From: Elainellaceae cyanobacterium
GTDB lineage: Bacteria > Cyanobacteriota > Cyanobacteriia > CAZCXK01
Direction of reading: 5' to 3'
NCBI GenBank assembly: GCA_051117555.1
Contig: JBNPEG010000170.1
Location: 1 to 33,993 of the forward strand
DNA: 33,993 bases
Shown here: in pieces, positions 1 through 11,907 of the stretch
Numbering within the stretch: the first letter of the stretch is position 1
Layout: every line of letters begins with the position of its first letter
Notes under the pieces: generated by a model
What the model saw: only the letters and a program-made list of their open reading frames with translations
Told to the model about the DNA's origin: nothing
Databases searched by the model: none
Program-made: the position numbers and the translations under genes

Positions 1-17
1 TAGATCAATCAGCGCAA

Positions 18-68
18 AACGATGCTTCCTTGAATTTAGACTACTTGCTAATTCAAGGAAGCATCGTT
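18..68. terminator. Perfect 19-bp inverted repeat, terminator-like hairpin
   Basis: AACGATGCTTCCTTGAATT (18-36) pairs with AATTCAAGGAAGCATCGTT (50-68), 13-nt loop. No clear U-tract; upstream gene lies outside the window. Confidence 0.55.
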
Positions 69-294
69 GCATATATTAATTGACACTCCGACTTCACTAA
101 CGTGGATTGTGAGAACTCTATGCTCCACAAATTATTTATAAATCTTCGTAATGGTTCGTTGCGATATGCTTCGTTGCGATGACGATGGCGATCGCCAGAA
201 AATGACGCAAACTTCCCACGTTTTGTAAAGAGTCGTTAGCATACAAGCAAGTCGATTTCTTGCATCGTCTGTGTCGTTTATCTAACCAGTGTTT

Positions 295-1068
295 ATGAAC
301 GTGCTGACTTCTCTCCTCCGCATTGTTGGAACGGGCGCAACTGCATATATCACCGCGCGCAACATCCGCGACCCACAGACACGACCCAATATTTTGGCAG
401 GGTTTCAGCTTGCTGAATCCGGAGCTGTGCCATTTTTAGAGACGTTAAGTCAGCGGGCTGCATCAGAAGGGGATGACTGGCTTGCCGAACGTCTGGCTCG
501 CCATGCCCAAGACGAACGGCGGCATGGTCAGGTGTTTGCCCATGCTCTCAAGCAATTGAATAAGCAGGTGATTGATGTCAAATCGCAACAGCAACGGTCA
601 AAGCAATCGGAGAACAAGAATCGTCGGAGTCCATTTTTCGACGCATACTTTAAGGGCTTTAGCAAAGAGGACTTGAATCCACAGCACATCGATTGGACAG
701 TCTTCTTTGGCAGCACGTATATTCTAGAACTTGATGCCTGCAACGATTTCAGTCGAATGGCTCATGCTTTGCCAACCGACGACCCCAAATGTGTCAGCCT
801 CCAAAAAGGGCTCTTAAGCGTCGCACACGATGAAAAAGGGCATGCAGCGTATTTGCATGAGGCGATGAATCGGGTTCTATCTCCCTTGCAAGTTATGACG
901 CTAATTGATGAGTGGCATAGCCGTAAAGTCGATGCGATGCTGGCGATGGTGAGTGGCTTGATGGAGCGTCAGGGTCAAATGCCGTCGCTAGCGCAAGATG
1001 GCGTACCATCAGACCAGTCAAATGATGACGTGACGCCCTCTCTGGCAACAGCGGGCGATCGCCATTAG
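295..1068 (+). CDS. Ferritin-like (di-iron carboxylate) domain protein
   Basis: Two ExxH motifs (DERRH, DEKGH) with upstream Glu-bearing helices (LAESGA, ILELDA). ATG 295 preferred over GTG 289. Confidence 0.75.
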   Translation: MNVLTSLLRIVGTGATAYITARNIRDPQTRPNILAGFQLAESGAVPFLETLSQRAASEGDDWLAERLARHAQDERRHGQVFAHALKQLNKQVIDVKSQQQRSKQSENKNRRSPFFDAYFKGFSKEDLNPQHIDWTVFFGSTYILELDACNDFSRMAHALPTDDPKCVSLQKGLLSVAHDEKGHAAYLHEAMNRVLSPLQVMTLIDEWHSRKVDAMLAMVSGLMERQGQMPSLAQDGVPSDQSNDDVTPSLATAGDRH

Positions 1069-1088
1069 TCTATCTTTTCGCGACGCCC

Positions 1089-2153
1089 ATGACTCAAACT
1101 GTTCCCACCCAGCCTCCCACTGAGCGCACTAAACCCGCAAAACCTGGCGAAATTTTTGCCAATATCCTGGGCACCTTCGCCCTGGTTATCCTTGCCAATT
1201 TTCTCGCAGACGGGTTTTTGAACTATCTCACATCCAATCGGGGATATTTTCTTGTCAGCCGCAAGTGGCAAATTTTATCGGAACTCAAGCAGCCGGTCGA
1301 CTGGTTGATTTTGGGTGATTCAAGCTGCAATCAAGGGGTGATTCCAGAGCGCTTTAGCGAAACTTTGGGAGGCACTGCTGTCAACCTGTGCACGTTTGGT
1401 CCGCTGTTAACGTTGGATGATGCCTGGATGATTGAGCACCACATTCAGCGGGTAGGCCCCCCAAAGCAGGTGGTGATCGTTCATGTTTACGACATTTGGT
1501 ATCGAGAAATTGAAGAAGATACCCTTGCCCATGTTGCCCAGATTCCGCTGTCGTCGAATGAAATTGAGGACTTTGAACCACCGCTTCGGCTGAATCAAGA
1601 GGATCAAATTAAGATGATTTTGCATCGATACGCGCCTCTATATTCATCGAATGAAACTCTGTCGGATTGGATTCGAGACCCCGTCGAATCATTCCGCGAG
1701 AGCCGCGAGTTTACAGTGACCGATTCGGGATTTATGCCAATCCGCCGACCCAAACCCGTCTATGTCCGGCGAGATGTCCGTAATCATCTCGAATTTGTCA
1801 GAGAAAATAATTTTTCAATGTCTCCCATTAATCAAAATGCGATGGCAAGGATTAAGCAGCTTGCTGAGCAACATGACTTTGACGTGTATCTCGCGAGCAG
1901 CCCCATTTATGAAGGGCTTTATGCAGACCAAGCCTTTCAGCGATATTTCAACCGCGTAAATCGGCAGTTGAACACATTCGATAATCAGAGCGATCGCATT
2001 CATTACGTGCTTAAAGAACCCGTCACCTTTGATGCCGATCAGATGCGCAATGTTGACCATGTGATCGAATCAGCGGCTGAAGACTACAGCGATCGCCTTG
2101 TTAACGCGATTCAGTCAACTCGCCGCACAACTCAACCATCCTTTACCCCTTAG
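1089..2153 (+). CDS. Membrane-anchored SGNH/GDSL-like protein (DltD/AlgJ/DUF1574-like)
   Basis: N-terminal TM helix, block I LILGDSS, C-terminal DH (RNVDHV) followed by an amphipathic helix. Confidence 0.6.
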   Translation: MTQTVPTQPPTERTKPAKPGEIFANILGTFALVILANFLADGFLNYLTSNRGYFLVSRKWQILSELKQPVDWLILGDSSCNQGVIPERFSETLGGTAVNLCTFGPLLTLDDAWMIEHHIQRVGPPKQVVIVHVYDIWYREIEEDTLAHVAQIPLSSNEIEDFEPPLRLNQEDQIKMILHRYAPLYSSNETLSDWIRDPVESFRESREFTVTDSGFMPIRRPKPVYVRRDVRNHLEFVRENNFSMSPINQNAMARIKQLAEQHDFDVYLASSPIYEGLYADQAFQRYFNRVNRQLNTFDNQSDRIHYVLKEPVTFDADQMRNVDHVIESAAEDYSDRLVNAIQSTRRTTQPSFTP

Positions 2154-2169
2154 CTATAATCACCCCAGC

Positions 2170-2233
2170 TATAGCCCTATGGGCTTAGGTTCTACACACG
2201 CTCAGCGTCCTAACGCGAGAGCGTAAGGCTATA
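2170..2233. repeat. Small TATAGC...GCTATA-bounded inverted-repeat element
   Basis: TATAGCC (2170-2176) and GGCTATA (2227-2233) with imperfectly complementary arms; same end architecture as elements at 14807, 23334 and 32122. Confidence 0.5.
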
Positions 2234-2269
2234 CAATCAAAGCAAGCGATTTGCGTTGGAGGTCAATGC

Positions 2270-3118
2270 ATGGCGACTCCCGCTGAACTAGAGTATCTTG
2301 GCGTCTCAATGCCGCCGTCTCAAGATGAGCTGCCCTATGACGATGGAGAAGTCATGGAAACCCAGCGTCACCAATACCAGATGGATTTACTCATCGAAGG
2401 GCTTCAGTCTTGGCTAGATGCCCGAGACGATGGCTATGTGGGCGGCAACATGTTTGTTTACTACAGCGTAACGCAGGCAAAAAATCAAGAATTCAAAGGT
2501 CCTGATTTTTTCGTCGCATTAGGTGTGCCCAAGGGAGAGCGGAAGAGTTGGGTCTGCTGGGAGGAAGAGAAGGCGCCCGATGTCGTCATCGAATTGCTGT
2601 TTGATAGCACCGCTGCTACCGATAAAGGTGAGAAAAAACTCATCTATGAACGCCGGATGCATGTTCCGGAATATTTTTGGTATGACCCATTTAATCCCGA
2701 GGATTGGGCTGGATTTCGCTTACAGGGCAGCACCTATCAACCCATCACCCAAGAGGCGCAAGGCTGGCTGACCAGTGAAGCACTAAGGCTAAGGCTAGTG
2801 CGCTGGCAGGGGACATATCGAGGAATCAATACCACCTGGCTTCGATGGGCATCGCTGGATGGAGCGCCCTTACCGACAGGGGCAGAAGTTGCTAAACAGG
2901 AGCACCAACAGGCAGATCAGGAGCGCCAACGGGCAGATCAGGAACGCCAACGGGCAGATCAGGAACGCCGACGGGCAGATCAGGCAGAATCTCAGGTGAT
3001 TGAAATCGCCCACAATCTCCTCCAGACGGGGATGGATGCTGAACAGGTGGCGCACATCACTGGGCTGGCGATCGCCGAGGTCAACGCCCTACATGTACAG
3101 AATCCGCCCAATCCCTAA
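2270..3118 (+). CDS. Uma2 family (DUF820) PD-(D/E)XK endonuclease with repeat linker and Rpn-like C-terminal tail
   Basis: Motifs LPYDDG..MET.RH, GNMFVYYS, GPDFFV, PDVVIELL, D.GEKK..Y, VPEYFWYDP; ERQRADQ repeats; GGAGG RBS upstream. Confidence 0.9.
   Translation: MATPAELEYLGVSMPPSQDELPYDDGEVMETQRHQYQMDLLIEGLQSWLDARDDGYVGGNMFVYYSVTQAKNQEFKGPDFFVALGVPKGERKSWVCWEEEKAPDVVIELLFDSTAATDKGEKKLIYERRMHVPEYFWYDPFNPEDWAGFRLQGSTYQPITQEAQGWLTSEALRLRLVRWQGTYRGINTTWLRWASLDGAPLPTGAEVAKQEHQQADQERQRADQERQRADQERRRADQAESQVIEIAHNLLQTGMDAEQVAHITGLAIAEVNALHVQNPPNP
2897..2983 (+). repeat. Intragenic 21-bp tandem repeat, 4 copies (QERQRAD)
   Basis: CAGGA(G/A)C(G/A)CC(A/G)AC(G/A)GGCAGAT x4. Confidence 0.9.
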
Positions 3119-3148
3119 TCTCTGGGCTATTCCTTTGCTTTCAACGTC

Positions 3149-5296
3149 CTAACTGGCTTTGCTGGGCTGATCCAAACAGCGCCAGACCACGAGCGATCGC
3201 GCTGTCACCCCAATCGGTTTATCCCCCGTTACGGTCTTGCCGTTTTCAATAAAGTGCGGTTCTTGAGTATCGATGATCATCTGCCAATGCCACGACTGTA
3301 GATTGGTTGGAATCGTAAACTCCACCTCTTCATAGTGATCATTGAAGAACAGCAAGAAACTATCATCAACAATCCGTTCTCCGCGCCTGCCGACTCTCGG
3401 AATCTCCTGACCATTTAAGAAAATACTGATTGACCTCAGAGAATAATCTTGCCACTGGTCTTCATCCATTTCGCTGCCGTCGGGATTAAACCAGCCAATA
3501 TCTTCAACCCCAGACCCGCGAAGAGCCTGACCCTGAAACCAATCTCGACGCGAAAAGATAGGATGCTGTTGGCGAAATTGAATCAGCTGTTGCGTAAACT
3601 TCAGCAGGTCAGCGTTGCCGTGCTTGAGATTCCAGTCAAACCACGAAATTTCACTATCTTGGCAATAGGCGTTATTGTTTCCGCCCTGAGTGCGCCCCAT
3701 CTCGTCACCGCCTAGCAGCATAGGCACCCCCTGCGACAGCATCAGCGTCACCAGAAAATTCCGCCGCTGCCGTTCTCGTAGCGTTAGCACCTCTGGGTCG
3801 TCGGTTTCACCCTCCACGCCGCAGTTCCAAGAGCGGTTATAGCTTTCACCATCCCGATTATCTTCCTGGTTGGCTTCATTGTGCTTTTCGTTGTAGCTCA
3901 CCAAGTCGTTGAGGGGGAACCCATCATGAGCCGTAATAAAATTAATGCTGGCGTGCGGTCGTCGCCCATTACCTTCATACAAATCGGAGCTGCCCGTAAA
4001 CCGATAGGCAAATTCTGCCAGCGTTGCTCCCTCTCCTCGCCAGAAATCGCGCAGCGTATCTCGATATTTGCCGTTCCACTCTGACCAGAGCAGCGGAAAT
4101 TTGCCGACCTGATAGCCTCCCTCACCTACGTCCCAGGGTTCAGCAATTAGTTTTACGTTGGATAAAACGGGGTCTTGGTGAATGATGTCAAAGAAAGCGG
4201 CTAGACTATCGACCTCGTAGAGCTCGCGTGCCAATGCCGATGCCAAGTCAAATCTAAACCCATCTACGTGCATGTCAAGCACCCAATATCTCAAGCTGTC
4301 CATGATTAGCTTGAGAATTTGGGGATGGCGTACATTCAAAGAATTGCCGCAGCCTGTGAAATCCATGTAGTAGCGAGGATCATCATCGACGAGGCGATAG
4401 TAGGCGGCGTTGTCGATTCCTTTGAAACAGAGGGTTGGGCCAAAATGACTGCCTTCGCCGGTGTGGTTGTATACTACATCGAGAATCACCTCGATACCAG
4501 CAGCATGCAGGACTTTTACCATGTTTTTGAATTCATGAACCTGCCCACCGGGTGCTTTGTTAGCACTGTAGCCTGAGTAGGGGGCAAAGTACCCCAGAGA
4601 GTCATATCCCCAATAGTTTCGCAGTCCGCTATCTACTAGGTGTCCTGGATTCGCGTTGAAGTGATGAACGGGCAATAGTTCAACAGCGGTAATGCCCAGA
4701 GATTTGAGATGTTCAATAGCAGCAGGATGTGCCAATCCAGCGTAGGTGCCTCGCAGATGTTCGGGGATATCAGGGTGAAGCTTGGTAAATCCTTTGACGT
4801 GGACTTCGTAGATAATCGTTTCGTGCCAGGGAATCATCAATTGGCGATCGCCCTCCCAGTCAAATGATGCATCGACGACTACGCCCTTCGGAATTAGAGC
4901 GGCATCGTCAATCTCTGAGAAGGTGAGGTCTTCGTCTTCCTTTGCCTCAACGTCATATCCAAAAATTTCAGTCCCATAGATCACATCACCCGTGAGTGCT
5001 TGGGCATAGGGGTCGATTAGCAGCTTATGAGGATTAAACCGATGCCCGTCCTTTGGCGCATACGGACCATATACTCGATAGCCATATCGTTGTCCTGGTT
5101 TGATGTCTGGCATATAGCCATGCCAAACAAAGTTATAAATTTCTCCCAGAGGAACGCGAGTCTCACGGTCATCTTCATCAAACAGACATAGCTCTACCTT
5201 TTCGGCATTTTCTGAGAATAGGGCGAAGTTTGTGCCTTCACCATCCCAGGTTGCTCCTAACGGGGTAACTCTGCCAGGCCAGAGTTTGATGTCCAT
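3149..5296 (-). CDS. glgX: Glycogen debranching enzyme GlgX (GH13 isoamylase)
   Basis: PLGATWDGEG.NFALFS, IYEVHVKGFT, NYWGYD, DVVYNHT, VDGFRFDLA, LIAEPWD, INFITAHDGF, SWNCGVEG. Confidence 0.97.
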   Translation of the reverse strand: MDIKLWPGRVTPLGATWDGEGTNFALFSENAEKVELCLFDEDDRETRVPLGEIYNFVWHGYMPDIKPGQRYGYRVYGPYAPKDGHRFNPHKLLIDPYAQALTGDVIYGTEIFGYDVEAKEDEDLTFSEIDDAALIPKGVVVDASFDWEGDRQLMIPWHETIIYEVHVKGFTKLHPDIPEHLRGTYAGLAHPAAIEHLKSLGITAVELLPVHHFNANPGHLVDSGLRNYWGYDSLGYFAPYSGYSANKAPGGQVHEFKNMVKVLHAAGIEVILDVVYNHTGEGSHFGPTLCFKGIDNAAYYRLVDDDPRYYMDFTGCGNSLNVRHPQILKLIMDSLRYWVLDMHVDGFRFDLASALARELYEVDSLAAFFDIIHQDPVLSNVKLIAEPWDVGEGGYQVGKFPLLWSEWNGKYRDTLRDFWRGEGATLAEFAYRFTGSSDLYEGNGRRPHASINFITAHDGFPLNDLVSYNEKHNEANQEDNRDGESYNRSWNCGVEGETDDPEVLTLRERQRRNFLVTLMLSQGVPMLLGGDEMGRTQGGNNNAYCQDSEISWFDWNLKHGNADLLKFTQQLIQFRQQHPIFSRRDWFQGQALRGSGVEDIGWFNPDGSEMDEDQWQDYSLRSISIFLNGQEIPRVGRRGERIVDDSFLLFFNDHYEEVEFTIPTNLQSWHWQMIIDTQEPHFIENGKTVTGDKPIGVTARSLVVWRCLDQPSKAS

Positions 5297-5372
5297 AGTT
5301 AACGCTCCGGTTCAGAAAATAAGTGTTTCGCACGAGGGCTGTGGCTAAGACAAACCTATTGTTTGGGATCTC

Positions 5373-5501
5373 TAAGTAGATGGGCATAAATAAGCCTTCT
5401 TGTAGGATGGGTTAGCGATAGCGTAACCCATGCCGCTAAAGGGTTTGATGCGTTACGGCTACGCCTAACACATCCTACGTTTAATTGTGGCCACCTACTT
5501 A
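5373..5501. mobile_element. 129-bp MITE-like element: 21-bp terminal inverted repeats enclosing a GTAG-REP doublet
   Basis: TAAGTAGATGGGCATAAATAA (5373-5393) vs TTAATTGTGGCCACCTACTTA (5481-5501), 17/21 match; inner REPs 5402-5432 and 5447-5478 in inverted orientation. Confidence 0.65.
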
Positions 5502-6438
5502 CACAGGCATATCTCTACGTACTATACAGGCACTCTTCCTAGGATAAGAATTGATTTGGCTTCTCTCAAGTCGATACGCATGACCTGTCTCAAGGTAACG
5601 CTCCTCTAACGAAAATGACCGCGTTTCTGGCAAATTTACTGGAGTTTTTCTGAGTTGTGTTCTCCTGATAGCGTTGACTCGCCTGCGCGTAGCGCGGATC
5701 GCCCCTCGACCATTATCTTCTCTAACGCGTATTGCCGCCAATGAGCAGCAAGCCAACCGAACGCCTGGCAGAATCTCTAAAAATTCATCATACGTAACAA
5801 AGAAATTTTGGAGAAACATATCGTGTGGTGCAGATTGATCGAGTTTACGTGAGAATCCAGCACAAGTGCCCTTCAGTTGCTCCCAGATTAGAGAGAGCAG
5901 CCTCAAAAATTATCAAGCATCGAATCGGCGAATCGTCCGATGGGTCGAGTATTAGCCCAACCTGAGCTGATGAAGTGGCGATCGGGATATCCGTGAAGGA
6001 TCCTCTATGATCGTCCGACCGGAATTCTGAGCATGTCCGCCAAGGGATCTCGATCAATAGCTTGCGTCTGGCCTTGAGCACAAGCAAATCAAGGCATTTC
6101 AGGTTTTTTGTCTTTTGATCTTATTTTTATAAAATGCAAATTATAAGTTTTGATTTTTAGAGTCATAAGATGCTTATAAAGGGTTTATACTGTCTCTCGA
6201 TGGTTAAGATGCTTTTTGCTTAATCTTTAGCGCTCTAGCGTGTCAGTCTGTTAAATCAGCCCCTTTATTTTTCGTCGCAACTTTGGCAATAATGCAGTCA
6301 ACACGCCAATGAAGTTAAAGGCTGAGGTTAAGGCGATTCGTTTATAACGTCAGTGCTTTTTTAAGCCAAATGGCGATCGCCCCGATTTACGCTCAGGTTT
6401 ACGCCCAAGTTTGAGAAACGAATATTAGGAGAACCACC

Positions 6439-7308
6439 GTGAAATTAGCCGTATATGGAAAAGGTGGAATTGGAAAATCCACAACGAGTTGCAACATTTC
6501 AGTTGCACTAGCCAAGCGTGGAAAGAAAGTCCTTCAGATTGGCTGTGATCCCAAGCACGACAGCACATTTACCTTGACTGGCTTTCTCATCCCCACCATC
6601 ATTGACACGCTTCAGGAAAAAGACTTCCACTACGAAGACATTTGGCCTGAAGATGTCATCTACAAAGGCTACGGTGGGGTTGACTGCGTTGAGGCGGGCG
6701 GGCCTCCAGCCGGTGCTGGATGCGGTGGCTATGTGGTTGGAGAAACCGTCAAGCTGCTCAAAGAACTGAATGCATTCGACGAGTATGATGTCATCTTGTT
6801 TGATGTGCTAGGTGATGTGGTCTGCGGCGGATTTGCAGCCCCCCTTAACTATGCTGACTACTGCATGATTGTCACCGATAACGGCTTCGATGCGCTATTT
6901 GCAGCAAACCGCATTGCCGCCTCCGTTCGAGAGAAAGCGCGGACTCACTCACTCCGCCTCGCCGGCTTAATTGGCAATCGCACCTCAAAGCGCGACCTGA
7001 TTGACAAATATATCGAATCAGTGCCCATGCCCGTTCTCGAAATTCTTCCGCTGATCGAAGACATTCGCGTCTCTCGGGTCAAAGGCAAAACGTTGTTTGA
7101 GATGGCTGAGTCCGAACCAGTGCTGAATTATGTGTGCGACTACTATCTCAATATTGCCGATCAGCTTCTATCGCGTCCCGAAGGCGTCGTGCCCAATGAT
7201 GCTCAAGATCGTGAATTGTTCTCGCTGTTGTCTGATTTTTATCTCAATCCAGCCGTAGCAGCTCCCCAGACCTCACCCGAAGAGGAATTAGATCTAATGA
7301 TGGTCTAA
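6439..7308 (+). CDS. chlL: Light-independent protochlorophyllide reductase iron-sulfur ATP-binding subunit L
   Basis: [42 protein letters not shown] start with AGGAG RBS. Confidence 0.98.
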   Translation: MKLAVYGKGGIGKSTTSCNISVALAKRGKKVLQIGCDPKHDSTFTLTGFLIPTIIDTLQEKDFHYEDIWPEDVIYKGYGGVDCVEAGGPPAGAGCGGYVVGETVKLLKELNAFDEYDVILFDVLGDVVCGGFAAPLNYADYCMIVTDNGFDALFAANRIAASVREKARTHSLRLAGLIGNRTSKRDLIDKYIESVPMPVLEILPLIEDIRVSRVKGKTLFEMAESEPVLNYVCDYYLNIADQLLSRPEGVVPNDAQDRELFSLLSDFYLNPAVAAPQTSPEEELDLMMV

Positions 7309-7326
7309 ATATTAGGAATTGAATGG

Positions 7327-7383
7327 TGAGTTTTGAGGTATGAGTTATTTTGGCAAACTCAACACTCAGAACTCAAAATTCAA
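7327..7383. repeat. Heptamer (STRR-type) repeats in inverted arrangement
   Basis: TGAGTTT/TGAGGTA/TGAGTTA followed by AACTCAA/CACTCAG/AACTCAA/AATTCAA. Confidence 0.7.
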
Positions 7384-7399
7384 ACCTTTTAGGTGATCT

Positions 7400-9287
<1,888 letters not shown>

Positions 9288-9327
9288 TAAACGTTTAGTA
9301 CGAATCAACTTTCTGCTGACTCGCGTC

Positions 9328-9355
9328 AGGTGGGCAATTTGCCCACCTTTTTTTT
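9328..9355 (+). terminator. Intrinsic terminator of chlL-chlN operon
   Basis: AGGTGGGCA-ATT-TGCCCACCT followed by a T run. Confidence 0.9.
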
Positions 9356-9367
9356 GCCTGTCTTGCG

Positions 9368-9763
9368 TTATGCGTCGGTTTTTAACTCAGACGACTCGTC
9401 GCCGGTTTTTAACTCTGGATAGCGTTCAGCAAAGTAATTGTTTAAGGCCGTATTGATAAACGATAAGACGACTGGAGCGAGGAGAAACGCCCAGAGGCCC
9501 GATACGCTAAAGCCGGGAACAACGGTTGATGCTAACCAGAAGGAGACTCCATTCACAACTAGAGAGAAAAGCCCTAGCGTGATGATGGTAAGCGGCAACG
9601 ACAAGACGCGCAAAACGGGGCTAATAAAGGAATTGACGACCCCAATGGAAACGGCGGCAATCATCGCGGCTGGGAAGTTGGCCAGATTGACGCCTGGAAA
9701 TATGAGATCAATGACTAACAGACTAAGCGCAGTAGCCAGTAGGGTTAGTAATGCTGCAAGCAT
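9368..9763 (-). CDS. 4-TM 'phage holin superfamily IV'/YvlD (DUF360) membrane protein
   Basis: GVVNSFI.PVL.VLSLPLTI.TLGLF.LVVNG..FWLA...VPGF.V.G signature. Confidence 0.85.
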   Translation of the reverse strand: MLAALLTLLATALSLLVIDLIFPGVNLANFPAAMIAAVSIGVVNSFISPVLRVLSLPLTIITLGLFSLVVNGVSFWLASTVVPGFSVSGLWAFLLAPVVLSFINTALNNYFAERYPELKTGDESSELKTDA

Positions 9764-9890
9764 AAAATTTTCTCCAAATTAGTAAATTGCTTCAATTCAA
9801 TCGCTCTGGGGGCTGCTGGAATTCGAAATGCTGCGAGTCAATCGAGATACGGGTAAGCGTGCTGGAGCGATGCTCAATTAAAATGCTCGA

Positions 9891-10673
9891 TTAATTAGAT
9901 GATGACTGGTCTTCGCGAAATAGCTCAGTGGTCGATTGCCAAAGATTTTGAAGCTTTTGTTTAACTTGCTTTTCCTTTTGGGCGATCGCCGTACCCACGT
10001 CAGCCATCTGGGTTTCGATGTCTGCCTGCTTTTGCTCTGCGTAGGTGTCGGGTGACTGATCGGCGCGATCGCGAGTTCGTTCGTACCACGCTTTCGCATC
10101 ATCGAGATGCTGCGCGATCGCCTCTGAGTTTTCTCCATAGTTGGCGGTCAGATTGGCGCGTACGATTGAAAGCTGCGTTTTGAGTTGAGCATAGCGCTTT
10201 CGCATCAATGCCGCCTCTGGACTTTCTCGAATCCCCTGAATCACAGACCGAATGGTATCTTGAACAGTCGATGAGGTTTCTTCGCTGGTTTCTTCAAGGG
10301 TCGTGAGTGCCCCATCAATTTGGTCTTGCAGTTCAGTTTCTTCTGCGTCTAACTTTGACTCCAGCTTTTCAATTTCGCTGCGCGTCTGGGCGATCGCGCC
10401 CTCTTTATAACTTCGAAGTCCATCGATTGCTCCCTCGATCGAAGCCGCGACGCTTTCCTTCGTTTCTGCGCCTTCTGCTTTGAGAGTGTCAATTACAGCA
10501 GAAACAGCCTCCTTAATTAAAGAACGAATCTCTGCTGATCCCTCTTTAACTTCAGACATTGCATCAGACACCGAAGTTTTGACAATGGTTCGAATTCGTT
10601 CGGCGCGAAGCTTACCTTCCTGATCTGCCTTCTTCAAATCGGCAGTCACTTTATCTCGAATTGAGTCAGCCAT
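9891..10673 (-). CDS. All-alpha coiled-coil/apolipoprotein-like hypothetical protein
   Basis: 260-aa ORF rich in A/E/K/S with amphipathic helical periodicity and no catalytic motif. Confidence 0.75.
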   Translation of the reverse strand: MADSIRDKVTADLKKADQEGKLRAERIRTIVKTSVSDAMSEVKEGSAEIRSLIKEAVSAVIDTLKAEGAETKESVAASIEGAIDGLRSYKEGAIAQTRSEIEKLESKLDAEETELQDQIDGALTTLEETSEETSSTVQDTIRSVIQGIRESPEAALMRKRYAQLKTQLSIVRANLTANYGENSEAIAQHLDDAKAWYERTRDRADQSPDTYAEQKQADIETQMADVGTAIAQKEKQVKQKLQNLWQSTTELFREDQSSSN

Positions 10674-10832
10674 TATATTAACTAAAGCATTTTAAATTCC
10701 TACTCTTTAGGATCGCAGCAAACTGCTTTTATTGCCTCTGCCCCAAGATAGGCTGATGCGGAATTGAGAGGCGCAAATAGCTCATCAAATCCAGGATTAG
10801 CAGCACATTGACAAACCATCGACACTATCCCT

Positions 10833-11267
10833 ATGGCTACCATCCATCTCACCTCAGCAGGCGGCGTTGTGTTTCGCACCCGCAATGACACGTTTGACAT
10901 CATTCTCATTTCTGTGGGGGAGTCTCGCCGCTGGCAGCTTCCTAAAGGGCTCATCGATGAGGGTGAAACCCTAGAAGTCACAGCTCTCCGCGAGGTGAAA
11001 GAGGAGACTGGCACAACTGCAGAACTGCTCCAACCCATTGATACGATTGACTATTGGTATTATGGCGACTCTGACGGAAAGCGGGTACGCCATCACAAAG
11101 TGGTCCATTTCTTTTTGATGAAATACCAATCGGGTGATGTGGCCGATCACGATGACGAAGTTCACGAGGCTCGATGGACAGATATCGATCGGGCGATCGC
11201 CCTACTTGCCTTCGATAGCGAGAAAGAGGTTGTGAAGCGAGCTCACACCTTGATGACTCAGAGCTGA
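10833..11267 (+). CDS. NUDIX hydrolase
   Basis: SAGGVV and Nudix box LPKGLIDEGETLEVTALREVKEETG. Confidence 0.93.
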   Translation: MATIHLTSAGGVVFRTRNDTFDIILISVGESRRWQLPKGLIDEGETLEVTALREVKEETGTTAELLQPIDTIDYWYYGDSDGKRVRHHKVVHFFLMKYQSGDVADHDDEVHEARWTDIDRAIALLAFDSEKEVVKRAHTLMTQS

Positions 11268-11361
11268 TCTAACGCCTGTCGCCCCTGATACCCTGCAAGC
11301 CGAGCATAAAGCTGAGCGATTGATAGATTGCTGCAAGCCTTGAGCAGCTCTGCACAAATTC

Positions 11362-11721
11362 CTAGCTTTCTTTCATGCGGCTTAAGCTCTGGCGTCGAGT
11401 TTGTTCGCTCTTACGCACACCACCGGCTGCTTCATATTCTTTGCTGTTACGACCAAACTTTGAGGCAACATTCACCAGCATGTGATCACACATGTCTGCG
11501 AGACAACGCTCATAGTCCAACATTTCCACGTAGACAGAGTCAATCGCAGACAGCATTTGATTATAAGTTCGCTCTTTGGCTCGCATTTCGTCAATCGCAG
11601 CCAAAAAGTTAGCCAAAGTATTTTCGTTGCCAAAGTCAAGCTCTTGAGCAATAGACAGCAGACCATCCGCACGACGCTCTGCTTTTTTCAAAATGATAGA
11701 TGACCGCTTTTTACGTGACAT
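11362..11721 (-). CDS. Conserved small basic helical hypothetical protein (MSRKKR...KAERR...LDFG...YN...KFGRNS.EYE.AGGVRKS)
   Basis: Sequence pattern recalled from cyanobacterial hypothetical proteins. Start ATG 11721 (AGGT upstream) preferred to 11781. Confidence 0.75.
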   Translation of the reverse strand: MSRKKRSSIILKKAERRADGLLSIAQELDFGNENTLANFLAAIDEMRAKERTYNQMLSAIDSVYVEMLDYERCLADMCDHMLVNVASKFGRNSKEYEAAGGVRKSEQTRRQSLSRMKES

Positions 11722-11907
11722 AGAGTTATACCTGTTCGTAAAGATAGCTCCAGTATGCTGAGTCGGCGTCTGGTGTGGCATTTGTACATCTAAGGAGATA
11801 TGGTCTCGTCAAAGACGATGATCGCTCCAAAGTTCAGTAGTTTTACCGACGCGGTTCTGAAAACCAGCTCTGAGAAGGAACTTAATAACGCAAAACAGGA
11901 TTCATGC

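Noticed and set aside
5499..6087. ORFs 5499-5906 and 5845-6087 (minus)
   Set aside because: TTG starts, no RBS or recognisable motif, overlapping each other in the glgX/chlL divergent gap. The ~600 bp remains unexplained; BLASTX would settle it.
9368..9763. Prophage lysis cassette
   Set aside because: No endolysin, integrase or structural genes; this family is widespread on chromosomes.
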